Below, piece by piece: positions 44,657 through 53,236 of a stretch of DNA of 64,000 nucleotides. Source of the stretch: Sodaliphilus sp. (lineage in GTDB: Bacteria > Bacillota_I > Bacilli_A > RFN20 > CAG-826). Position numbers and translations under genes: made by a program. The notes beneath the pieces were generated by a model that saw only the letters and a list, made by a program, of their open reading frames with translations, was not told the origin of the DNA and made no database searches. Numbering within the stretch: position 1 is the stretch's first letter; the number at the start of each line of letters is the position of its first letter. The stretch spans positions 1,842-65,841 of the forward strand of contig CAVIJE010000005.1 in assembly GCA_963643355.1 (NCBI GenBank), in the 5' to 3' direction.

Positions 44657-44730
44657 CCATATACTAATTCATTCAAAAATAGTCGGACCATATACGAATT
44701 TAACAAAAAATGGTCAATACATATAGTATT
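44657..44730 (+). repeat. Three imperfect direct repeats phased at 31 nt (CCATATAC-N-AATT ... AAAAAT-GTC)
   Basis: CCATATACTAATT starts at 44657 and CCATATACGAATT at 44688. A degenerate third copy, CATATAGTATT, starts at 44720. The AAAAATAGTC / AAAAATGGTC tails also repeat. The array ends right at a TTGACA box (44734). Confidence 0.6.
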
Positions 44731-44733
44731 TAT

Positions 44734-44762
44734 TTGACAAAACATAAGCATGGTTCTATTCT
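44734..44762 (+). promoter_or_regulatory. Putative sigma-A-type promoter TTGACA-N17-TATTCT
   Basis: A perfect -35 hexamer and 17-nt spacer with a weak -10. It would give a 5' UTR of roughly 130 nt for the 44898 gene, containing the hairpin TATGCCTT-N11-AAGGCATA. Confidence 0.4.
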
Positions 44763-44897
44763 TTTTGTGTATGAAATATCGTTTTTTCTTCGGCGATAAT
44801 CATATCATGTATGCCTTCAAATCCTCATAAGGCATATATGTCTCCACTCTTTTGAGGGCGAAAAAATATTTAGAGGATACATGTAGGAGAAAAAAAC

Positions 44898-46154
44898 ATG
44901 AAACAAATCAAAAAAAGCGGCTTGATTGCATTCATAGTCGCAGCTGTTCTCATCGTTGCTTCTGTTTTGCTAGCGGGCATTGGTGGATTAGCAAATTTCA
45001 TTCCTGGCGGAAGTGGCTATGGCGTCAGGGTCAGTGTTAGGTATTATTTAGCCGGATTCGCATTTAATTTTGCATCCAAATGGTCGTTTGTCGTTTTAGT
45101 TGTTGACGTTATCATTGCTTTAGCCTTCATCGTTACAGTAATTGATCTCATCCATTCAAAGAAAGCAAAATTAATAGCTTGCGCAGTTGCTATTGCCATC
45201 GGCATTGCATACTTACCATACTTAGTTATCTTAGGTTATGGCATTATGGCCCATAAAGCTTGGACAGGCGCTAGCATTTTTGTTGTCGTTCTTTGCTTTG
45301 CAATGGATATCGTCGGTTGCTTTATTATGTTTAGATTAATGGCTGCCGATATTTTAACAAGTAAGAAAGAAGAACTCATTCCACCTGCCGCTGATGCAGC
45401 TTTAAGCGAAGATCAAATTCGCGTTATCGTTCGTGAAGAAATTGAAAAATACGAAGCTGAAAAAGAACCAAAAGAAGAAAAACCAGCCGTTGAAGTCTTA
45501 ACAAAAGAAGACGTTGAAACAATTGTTGAAGAAGCGGTTGCTAAAGCTCTTGAAAAACATGTTGATGAAAAGCATGTCGAAGAAGTTGCTAAACCTGTAG
45601 AAGAACCAAAAGAAGAAGAACCTGTTGAGGAAGAAACAACTGTCGAAGAAGAAGCTGAAGAAGAAACAGCTGATGAAGATAGCGAAGACGCAGAAGAAAA
45701 CGTTATCGAAGAAGGAAGTGCAAATGATCCATTTGCCGCTTTAAGAAACAAACGCCGTGCAAGCTTCGAAACACGCGTTAAGAATTCCGATTATGATATC
45801 CGCCACAAATATTATGATTTACGTGACTATATCAAATCCTATGGCGTGAAGAACCGTATTTCTATTCCTGGTGACACTTTCTCTGCTCACCGCAAGAGAT
45901 ATGCCTTTATTACAATCAGCGGAAAACACATCAAAGTGTATTTCGCCGCTAACCCTGATGATTACAAAGATACCCCAATCCCAGTAGAACGTCATCAAAC
46001 GAAGAAATATGAAGATTTGCCTCTCTTATTCAATATCCGTTCTGATCTCTCATATCGTCGTGCACTTAAATTAGTTGATGATATGTTAACTAAAGAAGGA
46101 TTTGTAAGAGAAGACAAGCCTATCAAAAACACACAAAATCCAGACCAAAAATAA
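44898..46154 (+). CDS. Unknown-function protein: 4 TM N-terminal domain, polyacidic linker, basic C-terminal globular domain
   Basis: SD AGGAG. Four hydrophobic helices in aa 1-155. A Glu/Pro/Val-rich tract follows (..EEPKEEEPVEEETTVEEEAEEETADEDSEDAEEN..). The K/R/Y-rich C-terminal domain of about 130 aa (RRASFETRVKNSDYDIRHKYYDLRDYIKSYGVKNRISIPGDTF..) matches no family I recognise. Confidence 0.75.
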   Translation: MKQIKKSGLIAFIVAAVLIVASVLLAGIGGLANFIPGGSGYGVRVSVRYYLAGFAFNFASKWSFVVLVVDVIIALAFIVTVIDLIHSKKAKLIACAVAIAIGIAYLPYLVILGYGIMAHKAWTGASIFVVVLCFAMDIVGCFIMFRLMAADILTSKKEELIPPAADAALSEDQIRVIVREEIEKYEAEKEPKEEKPAVEVLTKEDVETIVEEAVAKALEKHVDEKHVEEVAKPVEEPKEEEPVEEETTVEEEAEEETADEDSEDAEENVIEEGSANDPFAALRNKRRASFETRVKNSDYDIRHKYYDLRDYIKSYGVKNRISIPGDTFSAHRKRYAFITISGKHIKVYFAANPDDYKDTPIPVERHQTKKYEDLPLLFNIRSDLSYRRALKLVDDMLTKEGFVREDKPIKNTQNPDQK

Positions 46155-46169
46155 TTAATGGTTTGATTC

Positions 46170-46195
46170 AAGGGCTCAAAATTGAGCCCTTTTTA
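46170..46195 (+). terminator. Intrinsic terminator
   Basis: AAGGGCTC-AAAATT-GAGCCCTT hairpin followed by TTT. Confidence 0.8.
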
Positions 46196-46257
46196 ATTTT
46201 GATATTGACATGAGTTAAATTAATCATTATTCTTAATAACGCGCTAAAACGCGAAAT

Positions 46258-46333
46258 GGGTCATTAGCTCAGTTGGGAGAGCGCCTCCATGGCATGGAGG
46301 AGGTCATCGGTTCGAGCCCGACATGATCCACCA
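46258..46333 (+). tRNA. tRNA-Ala (anticodon GGC)
   Basis: Acceptor GGGTCAT/ATGATCC with the diagnostic G3:U70 pair, D stem GCTC/GAGC, anticodon stem CCTCC/GGAGG with loop ATGGCAT, T loop TTCGAGC, and an encoded CCA. Confidence 0.88.
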
Positions 46334-46343
46334 ATTGTAATCT

Positions 46344-46369
46344 AGCCAAGTTAAATGCTTGGCTTTTTT
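46344..46369 (+). terminator. Intrinsic terminator after tRNA-Ala
   Basis: AGCCAAG-TTAAATG-CTTGGCT hairpin followed by TTTTT. Confidence 0.85.
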
Positions 46370-46446
46370 CATATTTTCTTTTTCTTTAATTAGAATTGGA
46401 ATTTCTAATTTTTTAAAATGCTATTAAGCATTATTATATTAAGGTT

Positions 46447-47346
46447 ATGAAAAAGAAAAGTTTTTTAATATTGGCATTAACACTCGGAGGTTTATGCCTA
46501 AGTTCATGTGAAGATTTTACTAGTTCCGAATCTATTTCGAGTCAAATAGAATCGTCAGAGACATCAAAAGAATCGGTATCCTCCGAAGGAGGAAACTCAT
46601 CTTCAGAATCCATTGCATCCGAAGAATCAAGTTCTTCTGGAAGTTCAAGTTCTTCAAAACAAGATGAAAATCCGACTTGGAACGTTGATCTTACGCAATT
46701 CGGAAATTCTTTTAGAATCACTCTTGGAAACGCCATTAATGCAAAGAAAACTAAAACTATATCTTATAGCCAATGCTTAAGTGTTGGTGCTCAAGCAGCC
46801 GCATATCCAGCTGGTTCAAGTACTTTCGTTCCTTTCTATCATGATGAGACGAAGACTGCGACGCAAGGACAATGCAATCGTGAGCATACTTGGCCAAAAA
46901 GCAGAGGATCTGGAAAATCTGGGCCAGGAGCTGATCCATTTATCATTAGGCCAACACTAACGTCTGAAAATTCTTCTAGAGGTAATTATTTCTATGGCAT
47001 TTCATCTTCGAATGAATGGGATCCTGCATCATGCGGTTTTGAAGCGGCCCGTGGAGAATCGGCAAGAGTAATCCTTTATGCTGCAACTGCATATTACAAA
47101 TCCCACGGTTTCGAACTTTCAAATAATCCTAGCGACAGCACATCAAAAAAGACCATGGGAACCTTAAAAACTCTTTTAGAATGGAATAAAACCTACGCTC
47201 CAACAAATATTGAAATTCAAGTTAATAACTATCTTTCTAAGAATGGCTATGGCCGTAATCCTTTTGTTGATCATCCAGAGTATGCCAATCGCATTTGGAA
47301 TAAAAGCGGAATTGTAACTTCAGAGGGGCAAATTGAAGATTTTTAA
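46447..47346 (+). CDS. Lipoprotein, endonuclease I / extracellular ribonuclease family, with a Ser-rich linker
   Basis: Lipobox LCLSSC and a poly-Ser/Glu linker. Endonuclease-1-type motifs CNREHTWPKSRG and GYGRNPFVDHPEYA. Confidence 0.8.
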   Translation: MKKKSFLILALTLGGLCLSSCEDFTSSESISSQIESSETSKESVSSEGGNSSSESIASEESSSSGSSSSSKQDENPTWNVDLTQFGNSFRITLGNAINAKKTKTISYSQCLSVGAQAAAYPAGSSTFVPFYHDETKTATQGQCNREHTWPKSRGSGKSGPGADPFIIRPTLTSENSSRGNYFYGISSSNEWDPASCGFEAARGESARVILYAATAYYKSHGFELSNNPSDSTSKKTMGTLKTLLEWNKTYAPTNIEIQVNNYLSKNGYGRNPFVDHPEYANRIWNKSGIVTSEGQIEDF

Positions 47347-47350
47347 ATAA

Positions 47351-48400
47351 ATGGACATCGTTGTTTCCGTTTTAACAAACCAAAGTTTTCTAGGAGCTAT
47401 CATTGCTTCGATAGCTTTTATTATTATCGGTTTTCTTTTAAGAAGACTTAATGTTATCAAAGACGGCGGGCGTAAAGTATTAAATACAATAGTTATGAAT
47501 GTCGCTATCCCTTGTATGGCTTTTTGCGCCTTCATGAACGATTTTGACATAGAAAAGTTATCTAACAATTTAATTATTTTTGCCATTGATATGATTTTCT
47601 ATGTTCTTTTCCTTGCACTTGGAAGACTTATTTTTATTAAATTTGGGAAAGAAAAAGGAAGAATATACGCTATCCTCATGAGTATTGGCCAGCTGACATT
47701 TTTCTCGATGCCTCTTTTAGCGGCAACATACGGAAATGAGTCGGGAATCCTAATTACAACCTCCTTAATGTCAATCGCCTTTAGGCTTTTTACTTATTTA
47801 TATTCATACGTTATTATCACCGGTGAAGCAATCACTAAAGATAATGTTGGCAAAACGATTAGAAAGATATTCGTTAATCCAATCATGATTTGCATGTTCC
47901 TAGGCTTATTGATCTGGGCTATTCAAAATGTCATTTGGCAAGTGGAAATAGATGGGATTTCCTATGGATTTTTAAGAATTGATAAGACATTGCCAGCTTT
48001 ATATAAAATATTTCAATTCGGCAATAATATGTCCACGCCTTTATGCATGCTAACAATTGGCTTAACCCTAGGTGAGGCAAATGTTTTAGACGCCCTAAAG
48101 AATGGCTTAGCGTGGTTTATTGCCACCTTAAGAGTATTCATTGTTCCTTTAGCGATTCTTGGGATTTGCATCTTAATCCAACTTACTGGCTTTCTTCATT
48201 TTGATGAACTCCAATTAGCCGCTTTAGTTATTGGAAATGCTGCCCCTGTAGGTGCGGTTGTTGCCATATATTGCCTTGAGGCTAACAAAGAAGCCTATAT
48301 TGCCTCCGACACGATATTCCTCTCGACTATTCTTTCCTTTGTTAGCATTCCTATTCTCTTTATCTTAATTAAGCTAGTCCTTACAATGCCTATTTTTTAA
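47351..48400 (+). CDS. AEC (auxin efflux carrier) family permease
   Basis: About 10 TM segments. The length and two-half architecture are typical of AEC/malate-permease-like transporters. It starts 4 nt after the nuclease stop. Confidence 0.7.
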   Translation: MDIVVSVLTNQSFLGAIIASIAFIIIGFLLRRLNVIKDGGRKVLNTIVMNVAIPCMAFCAFMNDFDIEKLSNNLIIFAIDMIFYVLFLALGRLIFIKFGKEKGRIYAILMSIGQLTFFSMPLLAATYGNESGILITTSLMSIAFRLFTYLYSYVIITGEAITKDNVGKTIRKIFVNPIMICMFLGLLIWAIQNVIWQVEIDGISYGFLRIDKTLPALYKIFQFGNNMSTPLCMLTIGLTLGEANVLDALKNGLAWFIATLRVFIVPLAILGICILIQLTGFLHFDELQLAALVIGNAAPVGAVVAIYCLEANKEAYIASDTIFLSTILSFVSIPILFILIKLVLTMPIF

Positions 48401-48471
48401 TAAAAAAATAAGTGTTAAATTTTCTTTTAATGTGTATTATTACACATGGCAATTTAAAGGAGTTTTTTGTT

Positions 48472-50424
48472 ATGAAGAAAAAAATGCTTAAAACATTAAG
48501 TCTTATGAGCGTGATATTCATGGTTTCGTGTGGCAATGAAATCGTTCCTTCAACGGATTCATCTGAATCTAGCGGGGATGTTATTGGTTCAAGCGTTAGC
48601 GAAGATAAGAATAATGGACTATACGCAGAATTTTCCTCAACGAATCTTACTTTAGGAAAAACGTTTAATGAAGCGGCTTCCCCAGTTATTTACTTAAATG
48701 GGAATGTCATAGATTTAGATTCGCTTACGACGATTTCCCTAAAAATGGGAAATGAATCATTTTCTTTAGACGCTCCTTTAATCAAGACTGGCACATATAC
48801 TTTTTTAATTAGAAAGGGCGGCAACAGCTTTAGTAAAGATTTCATTGTTTCGGAAGGAAATACAACGAAAGCAACTGAAGGACATGGCTATAGCAAAGTA
48901 AGCGATGAAGATGCAAAGAAATATTCCTTGCAAAACGTTCCTTATGCTGGCTCTTTGACCTATGGTAAGATGCCTTCTACTAGCACGGTGAATATTCTTG
49001 TCATTCCTGTTGTTTTTAAGGATGTGGCAGACGAATACAAATTCACCGAAGATGAATTAAACACGATCGAAAAAGGTTATTTCGGTGAAGCTAGCGAAAC
49101 TGGGTGGGAATCTCTTGCTTCGTATTATGAGAAATCATCTTATGGAAAACTTCATATCAAAGGTAAGGTAAGTGCTGTTTACACTTCCGAGTTCACAACG
49201 ACTAAACTCCAAAACCTTTTCTTCTCAACCGGCATGACTCCTGAAGCAACAAATCAAGTTATGAATGCAGCCGTTGAAAAAGCTTTCGAAGACAATCCAT
49301 CATGGGATAGAAAGTCTTTTGATAATGATGGAGATGGCTTCCTTGATGGAGTTGAATTAATTTACAAGACCGATAAAAAATATGGCTCTGGGGAAGAAGG
49401 ATCGCAAGTCTGGTGGAACTTTACGACATATGATGATGGAAATAAGGCAAACGCAGATACGCCTGCACCAAGAAGATATTTCTGGAGCAACATTAGCCAA
49501 CTTCAAACTGGTTACTATAAAACAAACATTGATACGCATACCCTAGTTCATGAAACAGGTCACCTTTTAGGCTTAAACGACTATTACGATAGCACTTATA
49601 GCATGTTCCCAACTGGTGGAGCGGATATGATGGAACTCAATATTGGCGATCACGATGCCTATTCTAAATATCTTTTAGGCTGGGTCAACCCAATGGCCGT
49701 TGATGGCAGCCTAGATGATTTTGAGATTACGCTTAATGATTTCGAAAGCTCTGGCGATTGTATTCTTATTAGAAATACAACAACCGATAAATGGAACGGT
49801 ACACCATATGACGAATACCTGATGCTTTCTTACTACACTCCAACGGGATTAAACGAACAAGATTCTAAAGGATATAAGGAATGGAGCAACTACGGAACTG
49901 GTGGAAGCTATGCCTATCGTGGCTTACAAGTTTTCCATGTTGACGAAAGACTTTATACGAACGTTGGATCAGCGATAAATGCTAGCGGAGCTATAACAAA
50001 TGGCGTTCGTTCCTATACGGACGACGTTCTTTCTGGACCTACCGAAACTGATTCACACGGCATCGTAACAAAAGACTATGCCTATCAAGCAACAAGCAAT
50101 ACGCAAGCAACATCATACGAAGTAAAGGATAATAAATTATTAAACAACTCCTCGTTCAAAGAAATAACGCTTATCCCTGCCTCTGGAAATGCTAGCTTAT
50201 ACAAAACAACATCTAGAGACTATTCTTGTAAGCTTGGCTCCGAAGATGCCTTAATGGGATTAAGTGAATACGGTGCTAAATACAATGGCTATTCTGCTAA
50301 CAAGATGAAGAGCTGCTTCACAAATAAGACAACCTTCAATGATGGCAGTAGCCTTGAATATAACTTCTTTGTTTCAGCCCAAACCGATTCTACAATCACA
50401 GTTAGATTTGTTAAAAACTGCTAA
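48472..50424 (+). CDS. Lipoprotein zinc metalloprotease, immune inhibitor A (M6)-like
   Basis: SD AAAGGAG precedes the ATG at 48472. Signal peptide plus lipobox FMVSC. Zinc motif HTLVHETGHLLGLNDYYD resembles the M6 HExxHxxGxxD signature. Confidence 0.72.
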   Translation: MKKKMLKTLSLMSVIFMVSCGNEIVPSTDSSESSGDVIGSSVSEDKNNGLYAEFSSTNLTLGKTFNEAASPVIYLNGNVIDLDSLTTISLKMGNESFSLDAPLIKTGTYTFLIRKGGNSFSKDFIVSEGNTTKATEGHGYSKVSDEDAKKYSLQNVPYAGSLTYGKMPSTSTVNILVIPVVFKDVADEYKFTEDELNTIEKGYFGEASETGWESLASYYEKSSYGKLHIKGKVSAVYTSEFTTTKLQNLFFSTGMTPEATNQVMNAAVEKAFEDNPSWDRKSFDNDGDGFLDGVELIYKTDKKYGSGEEGSQVWWNFTTYDDGNKANADTPAPRRYFWSNISQLQTGYYKTNIDTHTLVHETGHLLGLNDYYDSTYSMFPTGGADMMELNIGDHDAYSKYLLGWVNPMAVDGSLDDFEITLNDFESSGDCILIRNTTTDKWNGTPYDEYLMLSYYTPTGLNEQDSKGYKEWSNYGTGGSYAYRGLQVFHVDERLYTNVGSAINASGAITNGVRSYTDDVLSGPTETDSHGIVTKDYAYQATSNTQATSYEVKDNKLLNNSSFKEITLIPASGNASLYKTTSRDYSCKLGSEDALMGLSEYGAKYNGYSANKMKSCFTNKTTFNDGSSLEYNFFVSAQTDSTITVRFVKNC

Positions 50425-50492
50425 TTGGTATTAGTCAACATAAAAACATCATAAAAAAACGAAAATAAACGAATATTAACGTTTTGAAATGT

Positions 50493-50532
50493 GCGTTAAG
50501 TGATTTAATCATGAATTACTTAACGCTTTTTT
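50493..50532 (+). terminator. Intrinsic terminator after the protease gene
   Basis: GCGTTAAGT...ACTTAACGC (9-bp stem) followed by TTTTTT. Confidence 0.8.
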
Positions 50533-50677
50533 CTTATTTAAATTTCGATATTTAGTCAACCAATAAATCATTAGTATAAGTTAAAACTTACGTTTTAAAA
50601 TGAAAATATAAGAGTAGATATATTTAAATAAAGACATTGTCTTTTTTTAATTATATCTAAACAAATCGATACAAAAA

Positions 50678-50686
50678 TGGTATGAT
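50678..50686 (+). promoter_or_regulatory. Extended -10 element (TGGTATGAT) upstream of addB
   Basis: TGnTATGAT lies 27 nt upstream of the addB ATG, with the SD AAAGGAG in between. Confidence 0.45.
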
Positions 50687-50713
50687 ATTTGTAGCCAAGC
50701 GAAAGGAGTTTTT

Positions 50714-53227
50714 ATGAAACTTATTGAAGACAAAAAATATCTCATCGTCACGAGAAGAGAATATTTCCCAATTCTTTTCTCCTACAAAAACAAACATCCA
50801 AAACTAAATTTGAAATTTATCACTAAGCAAGATTTTGCTTCGAAGGTTTCATTTTCTTTTGCAAAAGATCCTATTCCCGAATTAATCAAGCACAATATCG
50901 ATTACTCAAGGGCTAAAAAATATCTCCACATATTTTTGTTTGGCAATTTAGATAAAAACAAAAACGTCAGAAAAATTTTTGATTACATACCAAAAGATTA
51001 TCTTGCTATCGATGAATATGGCCTTACCGAATTAAAGAGATACGATGAAATAATTTTCTTTGAGATGGGTGAGGATAAAGAACTTTTATCTTTAGCGACG
51101 AGAAAAGGAGTTACCTACTCCCTTGCTAGCTTTGCTGATTTATATTTTGAAGACGAAATTATTGATAAGGTTCTAAATGAAGACTATCTTCGCATTACCA
51201 ATTTCAAAAATAAGTTCATGCAATTCTTCTATGTTTATGGAAACATTAGAAAATGTTTATTAGAAAATCCTGTTTTGCAAGATCAAATAGTCGTTATTTG
51301 TGATGGAGGAGAAGACCTTTATTACATCAACTATTGTTCTGATCTTTTTGGTGTTAAAACAATGCTTGTAACTCAAAGAAAGATTCTTAGCATTGATTCA
51401 ATTAGAAGCAAGGTTAGAAATATTTTTAATAGCAAATCTTTTGCTTTCACTGAAGAAGAACTCAAAGATAACGATGTAAGCCAGTTGCATGATTTAATAA
51501 AACAATATGGTTTGGATTCGTTAGATAATTTTGAATTTGCCTATTCTTGCCTTACGGAAATAATCAATTCAAGAACCTTCAATCAAATAGATTCAAGAGA
51601 AGGAATTACCATAACTGATAATTTCTATGTTTCTGATAACACGATTAACTATGTTACTAATTTTCAACATGACACATTCTATAAGATCTCAAGCGATAAC
51701 GACGTTTTAACCGACAAAGAACTTGAAGAAGTGGAAATCAACACCTCATACGTTAAAACGAAAATTGATAAATCTTTCAAAAATAACTTCCTTTCCTATA
51801 ACAACATCGTCCTCCTTTCACGCGTTGGACAACATTTGACAGATAAGATATTTGATTCAGAGTTAATTAGTGAGAATAATTGGAAAAACAAAGTCGAAAT
51901 ATATGACCAATACAATCTTGATGATCTTGCTCTTACAACCCCTGCAGCAAAATTATTTTGTTCTTTTGTGCTTGATGGTTTTTTCTGCAATAAAATACCA
52001 GAATTTGATTATCGAACATTCGACCATTCCTACAAGCAAATCGATGGAAAGATATTTGCTGATGACAAAGTTTATTCTCTTACGGATTTAGAAAAATACA
52101 TCGATTGCCCATTCGCTTATCTCATGAAGAAGATTCTTCCGAGCAACGATTACGACCCACGTAGCCGTTATTTAGGAGACCTCGTCCATAAATTATGTGA
52201 AAACATTTTCGATAAGAAATACGACTTTGAAAAAGAGTGGGATGTTGCAGCTAACACATATAGAGAATGTTTCAAAAAGGAGAAAATCGAATATCAGCCA
52301 TATGATGAAGTTATTCTTGATGTTTACCACACTCATCTAAAAAGACTCATACCATTATTTTTATCCCATTCAGCGGAAATGGGTTATGTCGATTCTATTT
52401 CTGAACTCCCTATTTATTTCACCCTCAAAGATGAAGAAGGGAGATCTTACAAATTTAGCGGACAGGTTGATAAAATCGTTCGTAGCAAAGCCGAAGGAGA
52501 AAAAGAGGACAAATATTTCTGGACCATCATTGATTATAAAACTGGCAATGAGTCCTTTGATATTTATTCCACTCCATATGGAAGGTCTGTTCAACTTCCT
52601 CTTTATTATTACGCCTTAAAAACAATTAAAGAAGAAGCGTATCCCGCCTCTTCCTTCCGTTACCCATTAGAACATGTCGAAAGTCTAAAAAACCTCATTG
52701 GAAACGCCTCCTTTGGCGGTTTTGGAATCCAACATGTCTATGCTTATTCCCTCAAAAATCTCTATCATTCAAAAGATAAAGATGTATTAAAAGAACAAGT
52801 CGCTAAAGATAATGCTAAACTTGATGGAATAAGCCGTTATGATGCTTCTTATTACCAATCTTTTGACGTAACAATAACACCAAATAATAAAGGCAATCTA
52901 ACAAGCGGGGAACACTTAAAGATTTCAACGATTTTCTCAGAACCGGATGCCGAAGAGAACATCATCAAGAAATCAGGATTAGAAAAATACAATTTCGAAG
53001 ATGTCGTTAACGATTCCATCCAAGGAATGATTCGCTCTATAAAAGCAATAGAAGCCAACGATTTTAAAATAGCCCCTGCCGTTAAACCATCATTGAAAGA
53101 CAAAATAAATCCCCAAAGCAAATTCGCTTGCGATTATTGCCAATATAAAGACATCTGCTATCACAACAGCTTAGACAAGCGAACATTTGCTTCTGAAATA
53201 AAAGAGCATTTTAAACTTGAGAAATGA
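50714..53227 (+). CDS. addB: Helicase-nuclease complex subunit AddB/RexB (short form with no Walker A)
   Basis: C-terminal RecB-type nuclease with Fe-S cysteines (IDCPFAY ... CDYCQYKDIC) and the nuclease motif GQVDKIV...IIDYKTG. It sits immediately upstream of addA. No GxGKT motif occurs anywhere in the N-terminus. Confidence 0.8.
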   Translation: MKLIEDKKYLIVTRREYFPILFSYKNKHPKLNLKFITKQDFASKVSFSFAKDPIPELIKHNIDYSRAKKYLHIFLFGNLDKNKNVRKIFDYIPKDYLAIDEYGLTELKRYDEIIFFEMGEDKELLSLATRKGVTYSLASFADLYFEDEIIDKVLNEDYLRITNFKNKFMQFFYVYGNIRKCLLENPVLQDQIVVICDGGEDLYYINYCSDLFGVKTMLVTQRKILSIDSIRSKVRNIFNSKSFAFTEEELKDNDVSQLHDLIKQYGLDSLDNFEFAYSCLTEIINSRTFNQIDSREGITITDNFYVSDNTINYVTNFQHDTFYKISSDNDVLTDKELEEVEINTSYVKTKIDKSFKNNFLSYNNIVLLSRVGQHLTDKIFDSELISENNWKNKVEIYDQYNLDDLALTTPAAKLFCSFVLDGFFCNKIPEFDYRTFDHSYKQIDGKIFADDKVYSLTDLEKYIDCPFAYLMKKILPSNDYDPRSRYLGDLVHKLCENIFDKKYDFEKEWDVAANTYRECFKKEKIEYQPYDEVILDVYHTHLKRLIPLFLSHSAEMGYVDSISELPIYFTLKDEEGRSYKFSGQVDKIVRSKAEGEKEDKYFWTIIDYKTGNESFDIYSTPYGRSVQLPLYYYALKTIKEEAYPASSFRYPLEHVESLKNLIGNASFGGFGIQHVYAYSLKNLYHSKDKDVLKEQVAKDNAKLDGISRYDASYYQSFDVTITPNNKGNLTSGEHLKISTIFSEPDAEENIIKKSGLEKYNFEDVVNDSIQGMIRSIKAIEANDFKIAPAVKPSLKDKINPQSKFACDYCQYKDICYHNSLDKRTFASEIKEHFKLEK

Positions 53228-53236
53228 GGTATTCCA

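Noticed and set aside
44657-44730. Possible mini-CRISPR or other spacer-repeat array.
   Set aside because: There are only three degenerate copies with no unique spacers, because the whole 31-nt unit repeats. No cas genes are present, and the array abuts a -35 box. A regulatory repeat is the better reading. No CRISPR array occurs elsewhere in the window.
45413-45751. 112-aa Ser-rich minus-strand ORF inside the 44898 gene.
   Set aside because: It is the mirror image of the GAA/GAG-rich acidic tract: antisense TTC/CTC codons give Ser/Phe/Leu. This is a shadow ORF, not a gene.
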